Shown: positions 21,838 to 33,184, counted from the stretch's first letter. The stretch: 64,000 nucleotides of DNA from Thermodesulfobacteriota bacterium (GCA_965215275.1 OZ244044.1:1888001-1952000), one strand, 5' to 3'. A program made the numbers and translations. The notes: generated by a model not told the origin, from the letters alone.

Positions 21838-22740
21838 TTATAGGCTAACGTCTTTTATCCCTTGTTTACTTAAAACATCTTTAACTTTTTTTAAAGCTGC
21901 GATTTTAATTTGCCGTACTCGTTCGCGCGATATACCGTATCTCTTACCAATTTCCTCAAGTGTCAATGGATTATCGCTGAGAACATTATGTTTAATCACG
22001 TATTTTTCTCTTTTCTTTAGTGGCTTGAGTATTTCGTTGATATTTTCTCTGATAGCTGATTCAATCTGATTTTTGGCAATTAAATCTTCCTGATTATATT
22101 TTTCATCTTTCAGATAGTTTATAAAACTGGTTTGCTGGCCGTCTCCTATTTTGGCATCAAGGGAAAGGTCTTTATGGGTCATCCTCTGATCCATTTTTAC
22201 TACTTCTTCTACCTTTACCCCGAGTTGTTTTGCAATCTTTGAATAATCATCATCATTTATTACATTTGTTTCCTTACCAAGCGTGTTCTTAGTTGATCTT
22301 AACTTATAAAATAACTTTCGCTGTGCTTGATTTGTTCCTAATTTGACCAAGCTCCATGATTGTATAAGAAAATTATGTATATATGCTCTGATCCACCATA
22401 CTGCGTAGGAGATCAGTTTATATCCCTTTGTCGGATCAAATCCTTTTACGGCTTGCATGAGCCCTATGTTCCCTTCTTGTATTATGTCCATAATATTTAC
22501 GCCGTAGTTCTTGTACTCATGAGCAATTTTTACAACGAACTTGAGGTTGCAAGAGACAAGTTTTCTGGCGGCTTCAAGATCGCCTTCTGTCTTGTATCTC
22601 ATAGCTAACTCATATTCTTCTTTTCTGCTCAGAATTGGGTTGTTACTTATATCGGCTATGTATCTTTCAAGTGAATTAGTAGTTGTTGGAAGATTTGCTG
22701 AATAACTTTTTGTTTCTTCTTTTTCCCTGCTTTTCATCAT
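21838..22740 (-). CDS. rpoH: RNA polymerase sigma factor, RpoH/sigma32 family
   Basis: QEGNIGLM, YAVWWIRAYIH, RpoH-box-like QRKLFYKLR, SRERVRQI. Confidence 0.85.
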   Translation of the reverse strand: MMKSREKEETKSYSANLPTTTNSLERYIADISNNPILSRKEEYELAMRYKTEGDLEAARKLVSCNLKFVVKIAHEYKNYGVNIMDIIQEGNIGLMQAVKGFDPTKGYKLISYAVWWIRAYIHNFLIQSWSLVKLGTNQAQRKLFYKLRSTKNTLGKETNVINDDDYSKIAKQLGVKVEEVVKMDQRMTHKDLSLDAKIGDGQQTSFINYLKDEKYNQEDLIAKNQIESAIRENINEILKPLKKREKYVIKHNVLSDNPLTLEEIGKRYGISRERVRQIKIAALKKVKDVLSKQGIKDVSL

Positions 22741-22771
22741 GATGAATTTTAGATTCTTATCATAATCGTTT

Positions 22772-24064
22772 GGGAATTATATACAATAGTGACGAAGCCT
22801 GGATTATTTCTTGTTTTTTGAACGTTCAGCAATGTGTTTCTTTACACCCTTCTTTTTAACATTGACAGGCTGGAGGATAGCTTTTGCTAACTTTTGCGGA
22901 GTTGTATAAATAGCAAACGGATGCTCTTTCTCTTCTTCTGTTGGTTCATAACTGCCTGGTAAGATCTCTGTTGTTTTTTTCTTATTCGTCATTGTAAGTT
23001 TATTTTATTTTTTTGGTCTGTTTTTTATCGTATAACATTATTCATCTTACCTTATCAGTTCTTTATAAGGCAAGATTTTTCCATACATTGCCTTTGCTAT
23101 TGTTCCCATCTGATCTTTCGTATCCAGTCTTCTTATATTATGCCTTCCCGCAAACTCATTTACATAACGATTTAAATGCTTTTTACTCATTCTGTGGAAT
23201 GTGCAGTTATATCCTCTTTTTAACATTGCCCAGAATGATACCACTCCGTTTACATATGCCTGCTCTTTAACATATTCCCTTACACTATGATTCACGCTTT
23301 CATGGTCATAAGGCAGCCCTGTATAGCTTTTATGATCATCGGTATATATTTTTACTCCCCGACCGACCTTCTTTACTATAAAAACCCTGTATTTCCTCTT
23401 TACTCCGTTCACCAACAAGTTGTGCTATCACTCTGTTTGTCTCTCCGTTCTTCATTCCTGTAACAATTGACTTCCCACCAGGCCCTCGTGTATGACTACG
23501 CTTGTCCTTATGTTTATTTCTCTCCTTTCCACCTGTAAACACTTTCAGTTCTTCTCTGTTCCATGCCTCTCTGATCCGATGCGATAAATGCCATGCTGTT
23601 CTCTGGGTAATATCCAGATCTCAATGCAGTTTCATACTTGATACTCCCTTTAATGACGTGGTAAATAGATATATAGCTACTGCCCAAACCTGATACTTGA
23701 TATTAGAGGACTGCATAACTGTCCTGATACTTACACTAAACCATTTTGCACATCCTTTTTCCCTGAACCTGTACGACATGGTCTTATGACCTATTCCAGT
23801 TTGAACGTTTCTTGTCCCACAATACGGACAAACGGGTTCCTTTCCCCACCTCTGTTCGGAAAACCATTTCTCTGCAACGGCATCGTCAGGAAATTTCTTG
23901 AATAAATTAACTAACGATATCCCTTTCCTGTATGATTTCCCATGTGCTTTGTTTGACATATAACTTCCTCCCAATTATTTAACTTTCTTACCTCTAATAC
24001 TGACAAAACTTTAGCTTTGTCAACTGTTTATTTGGAGACTTCGTCACTATTGCATATAATCCCC
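22772..24064 (-). mobile_element. IS1595-family element, defective, copy 1
   Basis: 29-bp imperfect TIRs ggg(g/a)attatatacaatagtgacgaag(t/c)ct; broken transposase plus 62-aa ORF 22804-22992. Confidence 0.93.
22804..22992 (-). CDS. 62-aa basic IS1595 accessory protein
   Basis: Intact and identical in all three IS copies, directly downstream of the transposase. Confidence 0.6.
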   Translation of the reverse strand: MTNKKKTTEILPGSYEPTEEEKEHPFAIYTTPQKLAKAILQPVNVKKKGVKKHIAERSKNKK

Positions 24065-24317
24065 ATTTTTATATAATTAAAAAGTCGGGCTTTTTAATCC
24101 TCTAATCAACCAGCTACTTCTGCTACGGAGTTCGTAAATGTTCTCCGTATACATTAAATAAACTTCTCAGAAATCTCTTTTTTCAGCAATCTGTCGGCAC
24201 GCTCTAAACCTGCAATGGCTTTACCTTGTTCTAGTTCTCTCAGTCGTTCTCCCAATCCGAATTTTCTATTCCCTCTGTAACAGTAGGTTTCTACATCTAC
24301 ATCTTGCAGGTCGGTCT

Positions 24318-25526
24318 CTACCCTTTTATCAAAGCCTGCAATCGCTTCCTCATATAACTGTAAAAGTCCTGGGTCGCTTCTTTGTATTGTCTAAGTCTGG
24401 CTTTGGCAAGTCCTCTGTTATAATAAGTTTTTGCATCTCGCGGATCTATCTCTATTGCTTTGTCATAGTCCTTAATCGCTTCCGTGTATTGACCAAGTCC
24501 GCCTTTGGTATTTCCTCTGTTATTGTAAGTTTCTGCAATCGCTTCCTTGTATTGATTAAAGTTTTTTTCGGCAAAAAATCTGTTGTTAAAGTAATTTCCT
24601 GCTAATTGAGGATCAAGTTCTGTGGTTTTGTCAAAGTCTTTAATTGCTTCTCTGTATCGTCTAATGTAGGTTTTGGCAAGTCCTCTGTTATAGTAAAGGT
24701 TTGCAATCGCTTTCTTGTATCTACCAAGGTCTTTTTTGGCAAACTTGCTGTTAAAGTAATCTCCTGCGAATTGCAAGTCGGTCTCTATTGCTTTGTCAAA
24801 GTCTTCGACCGCTTCCGCATATTGACCAAGTTCATGTTTGGCAAGCCCTCTATTATAGCAAACTCTTATAAACTGTGGATAGACATCTATTGCTTTGTCA
24901 AAGTCTTCGACCGCTTCCGCATACTGACCAAGTTCATGTTTGGCAAGCCCTCTATTATAGCAAGGTTTTGCAAATCGCGGGTCGATCTCTATTGCTTTGT
25001 CAAAGTCCTTAATTGCTTCCTTGTATTGACCAAGTCTGTTTCTGGCAAGCCCTCTGTTATGGTAATATCTTGCAAATTTCGGATGGACTTCTATTGCTCT
25101 GTCAAAGTCCTTAATTGCTTCTCTGAATTGCCCAAGCCTAAAATTACCAAGCCCTCTACTGTAGTAGAGTTCTGTATATTGTGGGGGGAGAGATTTAGTC
25201 CCTACTGCTTTGTAAAAGTCCTTAATCGCTTCCTTGTATTGACCAAGTTTGTTTCTAGTAAACCCTCTATTATAGTAAGCTCTTACGAATTGCGGGTCGA
25301 TCTCTATTGCTTTGTTAAAATCCTTGACCGCTTCCGCATACTGACCAAGCCTGTTTCTGGCAAGCCCTCTGTTATGGTAAGCTCTTGCAAATTGGGGATC
25401 AAGATGGATCGCCTCATCTAGATCATAAACAGCTTTTACGACCTCTCCTTTGTTCAAAAAGTCGTTTCCGCGTTCAAAGTATCCTTTTGCATCCTTTGGT
25501 TCTAATAATGTATTTGATTTACCCAT
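24318..25526 (-). CDS. TPR protein D, in frame (short G6 tract 25183-25188)
   Basis: Canonical 34-aa TPR repeats YYNRGLA...LGQY.EA..DFDKAIEIDP. Confidence 0.93.
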   Translation of the reverse strand: MGKSNTLLEPKDAKGYFERGNDFLNKGEVVKAVYDLDEAIHLDPQFARAYHNRGLARNRLGQYAEAVKDFNKAIEIDPQFVRAYYNRGFTRNKLGQYKEAIKDFYKAVGTKSLPPQYTELYYSRGLGNFRLGQFREAIKDFDRAIEVHPKFARYYHNRGLARNRLGQYKEAIKDFDKAIEIDPRFAKPCYNRGLAKHELGQYAEAVEDFDKAIDVYPQFIRVCYNRGLAKHELGQYAEAVEDFDKAIETDLQFAGDYFNSKFAKKDLGRYKKAIANLYYNRGLAKTYIRRYREAIKDFDKTTELDPQLAGNYFNNRFFAEKNFNQYKEAIAETYNNRGNTKGGLGQYTEAIKDYDKAIEIDPRDAKTYYNRGLAKARLRQYKEATQDFYSYMRKRLQALIKG

Positions 25527-25865
25527 GTTTATTATCAGAAAGTTGGATTCTTTACCAACTACTATACAGTAACAATTGCAGAAGGTTTATATAGTCTGAA
25601 AAAATTTGAACTCTTTTACCATAATTAAAAAATCGGGCTTTTTGATACTTCAATCAGCCAGTTACCTCTGCTACGGAGTTCGTAAACGTTCTCCGTATAC
25701 ATTAAACAAACTTCTTATAAATCTCTTTTTTCAGCAATCTGTCGGCACGCTCTAAACCTGCAATGGTTTTACCTTGTTCTAGTTCTCTCAGTCGTTCTCC
25801 CAATCCGAATTTTCTATTCCCTCTGTAACAGTAGGTTTCTACATCTACATCTTGCAGGTCGGTCT

Positions 25866-28800
25866 CTACCCTTTTATCAAAGCCTGCAATCGCTTCCTCA
25901 TATAACTGTAAAAGTCCTGGGTCGCTTCTTTGTATTGTCTAAGTCTGGCTTTGGCAAGTCCTCTGTTAAAATAAGTTTTTGCATCTCGCGGATATATCTC
26001 TATTGCTTTGTCATAGTCCTTGATCGCTTCTTTATATTGCATAAGCCTGACTTTGGCAAGCCCTCTGTTATTGTAAGTTTCTGCAATCGCTTCCTTGTAT
26101 TTACCAAGGTCTTTTTTGGCAAACTTGTTGTTAAAGTAATCTCCTGCGAATTGCAGGTTGATCTCTATTGCTTTGGCAAAGTCTTTAATTGCTTCTCTGT
26201 ATCGCCTAATGTAGGTTTTGGCAAGTCCTCTGTTATAGTAAGCTTCTGCAATCGCTTTCTTGTATTTACCAAGGTCTTTTTTGGCAAACTTGTTGTTAAA
26301 GTAATCTCCTGCGAATTGCAGGTTGGTCTCTATTGCTTTGTCAAAATCCCTGATCGCTTCCGCATATTGACCAAGTTCATGTTTGGCAAGCCCTCTATTA
26401 TAGCAAACTCTTATAAACTGTGGATAGACATCTATTGCTTTGTCAAAATCCTTGATTGCTTCCGCATATTGACCAAGCTTATGTTTGGCAAGCCCTCTGT
26501 TATAGTAAGTTTTTGCAAATCGTGGGCTGATCTCTATGTCTTTATCAAAATCCTTGATCGCTTCCGTGTATTGACCAAGGCTGTTTTTAACACGTCCTCT
26601 GTTATAGTAAGCTCTCGCAAATTTCGGATAGATATCTACTACTTTGTCAAAGTCCTTGACTGCTTCCTCATACTGACCAAGTTTAACTTTACCAACCCCT
26701 CTGCTGTAGTAAAGTTCTGTATATTGGTGGGGGGGGGGGTATTGGTCCTTATTGCTTTGTAAAAATCTTGGGTCGCTTCCTTGTATTGACAAAGTTTGTT
26801 TCTAGTAAGCCCTCTGTTATAGTAAGCTCTTACGAATTGCGGGTCGATTTCTATTGCTTTGTTAAAATCCCTGACCGCTTCCGCATACTGCCCAAGCCTT
26901 TTTCTGGCAAGCCCTCTGTTATAGTAAGCTCTTACGAATTGCGGGTCGATTTCTATTGCTTTGTTAAAATCCCTGACCGCTTCCCCATACTGCCCAAGCC
27001 TAAAATTACCAAGCCCTCTGTTATAGTAATTTTCTACAATTGCTTTCTGGTATTGCCCAAGCCTTTTTCTGGCAAGCCCTCTGTTATAGTAAGCTCTTGC
27101 AAATTGCGGGTCGATTTCTATGGTTTTGTCAAAATCCCTGACCGCTTCCGCATATTGACCAATCCTGTTTCTGGCAAGCCCTCTGTTATAATAAGCTCTT
27201 ACGAATTGCGGAGACATCTCTATAGCTTTGTTAAAATCCTTGACCGCTTGCGCATATTGACCAATCCTGTTTCTGGCAAGCCCTCTGCTGTAGTGGAGTT
27301 CTATTTCTTGTGAGAGGTGAAATTTGCTCCCTATTGCTTTGTCAAACTCCTTAATTGCTTCCTTATATTGACCAAATTTGTTTTTGGTAAGTCCTCTTTC
27401 ATAACAAATCCAATAGATACGTTCTGCAAATCCCGGATTGAGTTTTATTGCTTTATTAAGATCCTCAATTGCTTCCTCATATTGACCAAGGCTGCTTTTG
27501 GCAAGCCACCTGTTATAATAAACGCAAGGATAGAATATATCCTCAAATTGGGGATTGATCTGTATTGCTTTGTCAAAATCCTTGATCGCTTCCTTGTATT
27601 GTTCTTTTGCCTTAACAGTATCTTGTTCTAATCTTCTCAGTTGTTCCCCTAGTCCTAATTTGCTATCCCCTCTGTCATAGTAGGATTTTGCATCTTGTGG
27701 ATTGATCCTTATTGCTTCGTCAAAATCTTTAATCGCTTCCTCGTATTGCTCAGATTTTAATTTGGTATTTCCTCTGCTATAGTAACTTTCTGCATTTTGC
27801 GGACCGATCTCTATCACTTTATCAAAGTCCTTGATCGCTTGTTGGTAGCATCCAAAGTTGTATTTTGTAATTCCACTGCTGTAGTAGACTTCTGCATTTT
27901 GCGGACCGATCTCTGCCACTTTATCAAAGTCTTCAATAGCTTCTTCTAAATTTTCATCCCAGTTCTCAACCTCCTGCTTACATGATCCAAACAAAGCTCT
28001 GGCAAGTCCTCTATTATAGTAGGCTTCTTCATCTTGTGGGTTTATCTCTATTGCTTTGCTAAAGTCTTTGATCGCTTCCTCATATTGACCAAATAAAATT
28101 CTGACACGCCCTCTGTTACAACGGGATTCCGTGTCTTGAGGAGCCACCGTTATTAATTCGTCAAAATCTTCGATCACTTCTCCGTGTAACTCAAGCAAGT
28201 TCTTGGTAACCTTTCTACCAGCGTGGGCAAACAGATATTTCGGGTCGACTTCTATAACTTTGTCAAAATCCTCAATCGCTTCTTTGAGTCTCCCAAGGCT
28301 GCCTTTGGCACGTCCTCTTTCATAATAATAGTGAAAATCCACAAATTGTGGTTTGTTTTTTATGACTTTATCAAAGTCCTTGACCGCTTCTTTGTATTGC
28401 CCAAGTTCGTTTCTAGCAAGCCCTCTGTTATAGTAAGCGCCTATTAATTGCGGATTGCTCCCTATCGCTTTGTTAAAGTCCTTAACCGCTTCTCTGTATT
28501 GTTTAATGTAGGTTTTGGCAAGTCCCCTGCGATTCCAAGACTCTGCATCTTTCGGGTTGATCTCTATGGCTTTGTTAAAATCCTCAATTGCTTCTTTACA
28601 TTGCAAAAGTTGGGTTTTAGCAAATCCTCTGTCAGTGTAGTTTTTTGCATCTTTCGGGTTGATCTCTATGGCTTTGTTAAAATATTCAATTGCTTTATCG
28701 TATTGCTCAAGTTTGACCGTGGCAATCCCTCTGTCAGTATATGCTCTTGCAAATTGGGGATCAAGATGGATCGCCTCATCTAGATCATAAACAGCTTTTA

Positions 28801-28888
28801 CGACCTCTCCTTTGTTCAAAAAGTCGTTTCCGCGTTCAAAGTATCCTTTTGCATCCTCTGGTTCTGATAAGGTATTTGATCTGCCCAT
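25866..28888 (-). pseudogene. TPR protein C, one frameshift at G11 tract 26729-26739
   Basis: ORFs 26639-28888 and 25866-26792 join into a 1007-aa TPR protein if the tract is 12 long (9 also restores frame). Confidence 0.88.
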
Positions 28889-29020
28889 GTTCTCCGGAAG
28901 TTTGACTCTTTACCACCTAATACAAGTTTCAGGTCACCGTTAGAGTCATATTATCCCAATACAGGATGAATAGCTGAAAGAAACTTACCTAGATTACTCT
29001 GTATATACATTTAATGCATT

Positions 29021-30313
29021 GGGGATTATATACAATAGTGACGAAGTCTCCAAATAAACAGTTGACAAAGCTAAAGTTTTGTCAGTATTAGAGGTAAGAA
29101 AGTTAAATAATTGGGAGGAAGTTATATGTCAAACAAAGCACATGGGAAATCATACAGGAAAGGGATATCGTTAGTTAATTTATTCAAGAAATTTCCTGAC
29201 GATGCCGTTGCAGAGAAATGGTTTTCCGAACAGAGGTGGGGAAAGGAACCCGTTTGTCCGTATTGTGGGACAAGAAACGTTCAAACTGGAATAGGTCATA
29301 AGACCATGTCGTACAGGTTCAGGGAAAAAGGATGTGCAAAATGGTTTAGTGTAAGTATCAGGACAGTTATGCAGTCCTCTAATATCAAGTATCAGGTTTG
29401 GGCAGTAGCTATATATCTATTTACCACGTCATTAAAGGGAGTATCAAGTATGAAACTGCATTGAGATCTGGATATTACCCAGAGAACAGCATGGCATTTA
29501 TCGCATCGGATCAGAGAGGCATGGAACAGAGAAGAACTGAAAGTGTTTACAGGTGGAAAGGAGAGAAATAAACATAAGGACAAGCGTAGTCATACACGAG
29601 GGCCTGGTGGGAAGTCAATTGTTACAGGAATGAAGAACGGAGAGACAAACAGAGTGATAGCACAACTTGTTGGTGAACGGAGTAAAGAGGAAATACAGGG
29701 TTTTTATAGTAAAGAAGGTCGGTCGGGGAGTAAAAATATATACCGATGATCATAAAAGCTATACAGGGCTGCCTTATGACCATGAAAGCGTGAATCATAG
29801 TGTAAGGGAATATGTTAAAGAGCAGGCATATGTAAACGGAGTGGTATCATTCTGGGCAATGTTAAAAAGAGGATATAACTGCACATTCCACAGAATGAGT
29901 AAAAAGCATTTAAATCGTTATGTAAATGAGTTTGCGGGAAGGCATAATATAAGAAGACTGGATACGAAAGATCAGATGGGAACAATAGCAAAGGCAATGT
30001 ATGGAAAAATCTTGCCTTATAAAGAACTGATAAGGTAAGATGAATAATGTTATACGATAAAAAACAGACCAAAAAAATAAAATAAACTTACAATGACGAA
30101 TAAGAAAAAAACAACAGAGATCTTACCAGGCAGTTATGAACCAACAGAAGAAGAGAAAGAGCATCCGTTTGCTATTTATACAACTCCGCAAAAGTTAGCA
30201 AAAGCTATCCTCCAGCCTGTCAATGTTAAAAAGAAGGGTGTAAAGAAACACATTGCTGAACGTTCAAAAAACAAGAAATAATCCAGGCTTCGTCACTATT
30301 GTATATAATTCCC
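29021..30313 (+). mobile_element. IS1595-family element, defective, copy 2
   Basis: Same TIRs and identical ORF translations as copies 1 and 3; inverted relative to copy 1. Confidence 0.93.
30093..30281 (+). CDS. 62-aa basic IS1595 accessory protein
   Basis: Identical to 22804-22992. Confidence 0.6.
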   Translation: MTNKKKTTEILPGSYEPTEEEKEHPFAIYTTPQKLAKAILQPVNVKKKGVKKHIAERSKNKK

Positions 30314-30517
30314 AAACGATTAATACTTGTCTAGTGTAATCTTTAAAGTATAACACCAGATAATTGTTTATGAAAATTATGTATTTTTGTCCACATAAAA
30401 GTTTTATTTGATGAGAAAAACCCATAAACTTGATGGGCATGCTTGTCCTCAAATCAACTATCAAAGTTTCTTGACTGACTACTTTTTAACATTTAAACTA
30501 ATCCACTTTGACGCAAG

Positions 30518-30593
30518 TCCGGCGTAGCTCAGTTGGCAGAGCGGATGACTGTTAATCATTAGGTCGCAGGTTCGAACCCTGCCGCCGGAGCCA
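30518..30593 (+). tRNA. tRNA-Asn(GTT)
   Basis: Cloverleaf, anticodon loop ctGTTaa, GGTTCGAA T-loop, encoded CCA. Confidence 0.97.
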
Positions 30594-30629
30594 GTATATT
30601 CAATTTTGTAGCAAACATGACTTTTATAG

Positions 30630-31601
30630 TACTGGTGGCAAGATTGTGATAAGCATTTTAGTGTAAGAACCAACACATTATTATCTGAGAGCAGGATACC
30701 CCTTCATAAATGGCTAATGGTTGTATACTTGCTGAATACTGATCTGAAAGGAGTATCCAGTTGTAAACTGGGTAGGGATATAGGAGTAACGCAAACGACC
30801 GCCTGGTATTTAGGACATAGAATAAGAAAGGCGTTTGAAGAGCAGTCTGACGATCCATTACTGTCTCCGGTAGAGATGGATGAGACGTATGTAGGAGGAC
30901 TGGAAAAGAACAAACACGCAAGTAAGAAGACAAAAGGGACACAAGGTAAAAGTACCAAGACCAAGACAGCAGTAGTGGGAATAAAATCAAGAGTAGATAA
31001 GAAAGTAAAAGCAAAGGTAACAGAAACTGTAAAAAGAGAAGAACTACAAAGTATGATAAAAGAAACAGTTAGAGATGGATCAACGATCTATACAGATGAG
31101 AATTTGGGATATAGGGGACTGAACAAGAAGGGATATAAGCACGAGAGGGTAAATCATAGTTCAGGAGAGTATATAAAAGGTCAAGCCCATACCAATGGGA
31201 TGGAAAGTTTCTGGTCTATGTTAAAAAGAGGACATAAAGGAGTGTATCACAAGATGTCTAAGAAACACCTGCAGCGTTATGTAGATGAGTATGCAGGCAG
31301 GCACAATAACAGAGCATTAGCAACAATGGATCAGATTGAAAAAGTGATAAAAGGATTGTCAGGTAAGCGTCTTCAATACAAAGAGTTGATCAGTTAAAAT
31401 GGCAAGATCAGCAGGTAGAAAACAAAAGATAATCCCTCATATACCAGGGACTTTAGAAGAAACAACAAGAGCAGTTTTATCTCCTAATTTTCAATTTATT
31501 CAGAAACAGAAACAAAAAAATATTAATCAAAAAACAAAAAGTAAAAAATCTAATAAATCTAAATAGTTATATTATCTTCGGTACTTAACTATATAATCCC
31601 C
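30630..31601 (+). mobile_element. 5'-truncated IS1595 element with intact DDE domain (ORF 30717-31397)
   Basis: VEMDETYVGG, YTDE, HTNGMESFWSMLKRG; right end cttaactatataatcccc; left end and most of the Zn-finger missing. Confidence 0.88.
31399..31566 (+). CDS. 55-aa basic IS1595 accessory protein (MARSAGRKQKIIPHIPGTLEETTRAVLSP...)
   Basis: ATG 1 nt after the transposase stop; intact; ends before the TIR. Confidence 0.6.
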   Translation: MARSAGRKQKIIPHIPGTLEETTRAVLSPNFQFIQKQKQKNINQKTKSKKSNKSK

Positions 31602-31745
31602 TAAATTAGTGTATAAAGTGTTGAAAGAGAATTACAGAGAGACGGGGAAATATACACAAGACACATAAGCGAGTATGATTATAAAAAAACAGAGCAGTTA
31701 GGGATTGAATGATATTCCGTTTGTTTACTAAAGTATATAATTCCC

Positions 31746-32060
31746 ATTTAAAAAGACTATTTCCCAGAGCGTATGACTGGCTACTTAGACACAAAAACTA
31801 TTAATTAGAGATAAAGATGAATTTGATTCTAATAAGTGTTATAGCTTTGGTAGAGAAGTGTCTATAGTTAAAGGATTTTTGAGAAAATATTGATTTCTTG
31901 TGTGAATCTTAAACCAAATTTTCAATATTGTGTGGATACGATTCTCTGTTTGATGGTGGATACTACATAAAAACCAATTCCAAGTATCAATGTAAACACT
32001 TTATTTGAAGAATTAAACACAGTACATTTATGGAGAGATGTATCTTATTGGTATCTCATC
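31746..32060 (+). pseudogene. Possible decayed DNA methyltransferase specificity-domain fragment
   Basis: Broken frames FPRAYDWLLRHK / RDKDEFDSNKCYSFGREVSI resemble TaqI_C-like regions (from memory, unverified). Confidence 0.3.
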
Positions 32061-32100
32061 TATATAAGAATGGATAGAATCGTAATCAAGCATTAAATAA

Positions 32101-33012
32101 TCAAAACGGACTAATATATTTTAATACCTTCTTCAACAAACTTTGAGGGATAAAGTTTTCAGAAGTTTTTAATATCCAAGAGGTAATCCGAAATAACGGA
32201 AAACTTTTAAACTTTCTGACTTGGATGTGATAATTGCTACATTGAACATTTTTTTCAACAAGGATCTCAACCCAATATTTTTCATACAATTTTTTGTGCT
32301 TATTTATAATATAAGAACAATAAACATTTACCTCTTTGATGTTATTCTCATACTTTGAACCTTCATGTAGTCTATAGTTAATTAAATATTCAGGTATTAT
32401 TTTTATCTTCCATCCATCTTTAACTATGTTTATCCAGTGCTCCCAATCTTCATGGGATTTCAAATTTTCATCATACATCCCCACTTTAACGGATGCCTCT
32501 CGTCTGAAGCAAGATAATGAAGGTAGACAATCATTACATAGCATTTTAACTAAATTTGTCTCATCTTCTTTCATTTTCCATGTTGAAGTAAACTTTCCAA
32601 AAAATTTTAAAAAAGAAGCCACTATCCCGACATTTTTATAGTTTTCAAACACATTCCTTGCTTTCTCTAAATAGGTCGGTTCCAAATAATCATCCCCATC
32701 AAGACAACATATATATTCAGAGTCTGCATTCTTTATTCCTTCATTACGAGCTGCTGAAACTCCTCTGTTCTTATCCAGTCTTATTACATGAACATCTTTT
32801 GATATCTCATCCAGAACCTTGATCGTCTCAGGTTCGTCCGAGCGATCATCAACTACTATAAGTTGCACATCCTGCAACGTTTGGATAAGGACCGAGTTAA
32901 TTGCCTGCTTCAGCCATTTCCCTTTGTTGTACGAGGTAATTACTACAGTGAACTTAAACCCGTAAGATAGTTTATTTGAATTTGAACCGTTATACTCTTT
33001 AAAATCTGACAT
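32101..33012 (-). CDS. Glycosyltransferase family 2, paralog 2
   Basis: Near-identical N-terminal GT-A core to 80-1015. Confidence 0.9.
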   Translation of the reverse strand: MSDFKEYNGSNSNKLSYGFKFTVVITSYNKGKWLKQAINSVLIQTLQDVQLIVVDDRSDEPETIKVLDEISKDVHVIRLDKNRGVSAARNEGIKNADSEYICCLDGDDYLEPTYLEKARNVFENYKNVGIVASFLKFFGKFTSTWKMKEDETNLVKMLCNDCLPSLSCFRREASVKVGMYDENLKSHEDWEHWINIVKDGWKIKIIPEYLINYRLHEGSKYENNIKEVNVYCSYIINKHKKLYEKYWVEILVEKNVQCSNYHIQVRKFKSFPLFRITSWILKTSENFIPQSLLKKVLKYISPF

Positions 33013-33019
33013 GAAATGT

Positions 33020-33184
33020 GGAGATTATATATTTTAGTAAACAAGAATATCAATCAAAAATAGATAAACTTTATAAAACAGTATAATATAACTACTATGA
33101 GAAAGAATGGAAAGATTGATACATTTGAGTTTATGGAGACGTTTCCTGATAAAGAAATCAGTCAGAAAACACATTGAAAGTTTA
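33020..33184 (+). mobile_element. Left end and transposase N-terminal fragment of another IS1595 element
   Basis: TIR ggagattatatattttagtaaacaa matches the inverse of 31721-31745; MRKNGKIDTFEFMETFPDKE; cut by another IS end at 33185. Confidence 0.7.

Noticed and set aside
24387..28783. Long plus-strand ORFs over the TPR genes (also 13551-13967 and 38954-39844 on the minus strand)
   Set aside because: Antisense shadows of repetitive coding sequence.
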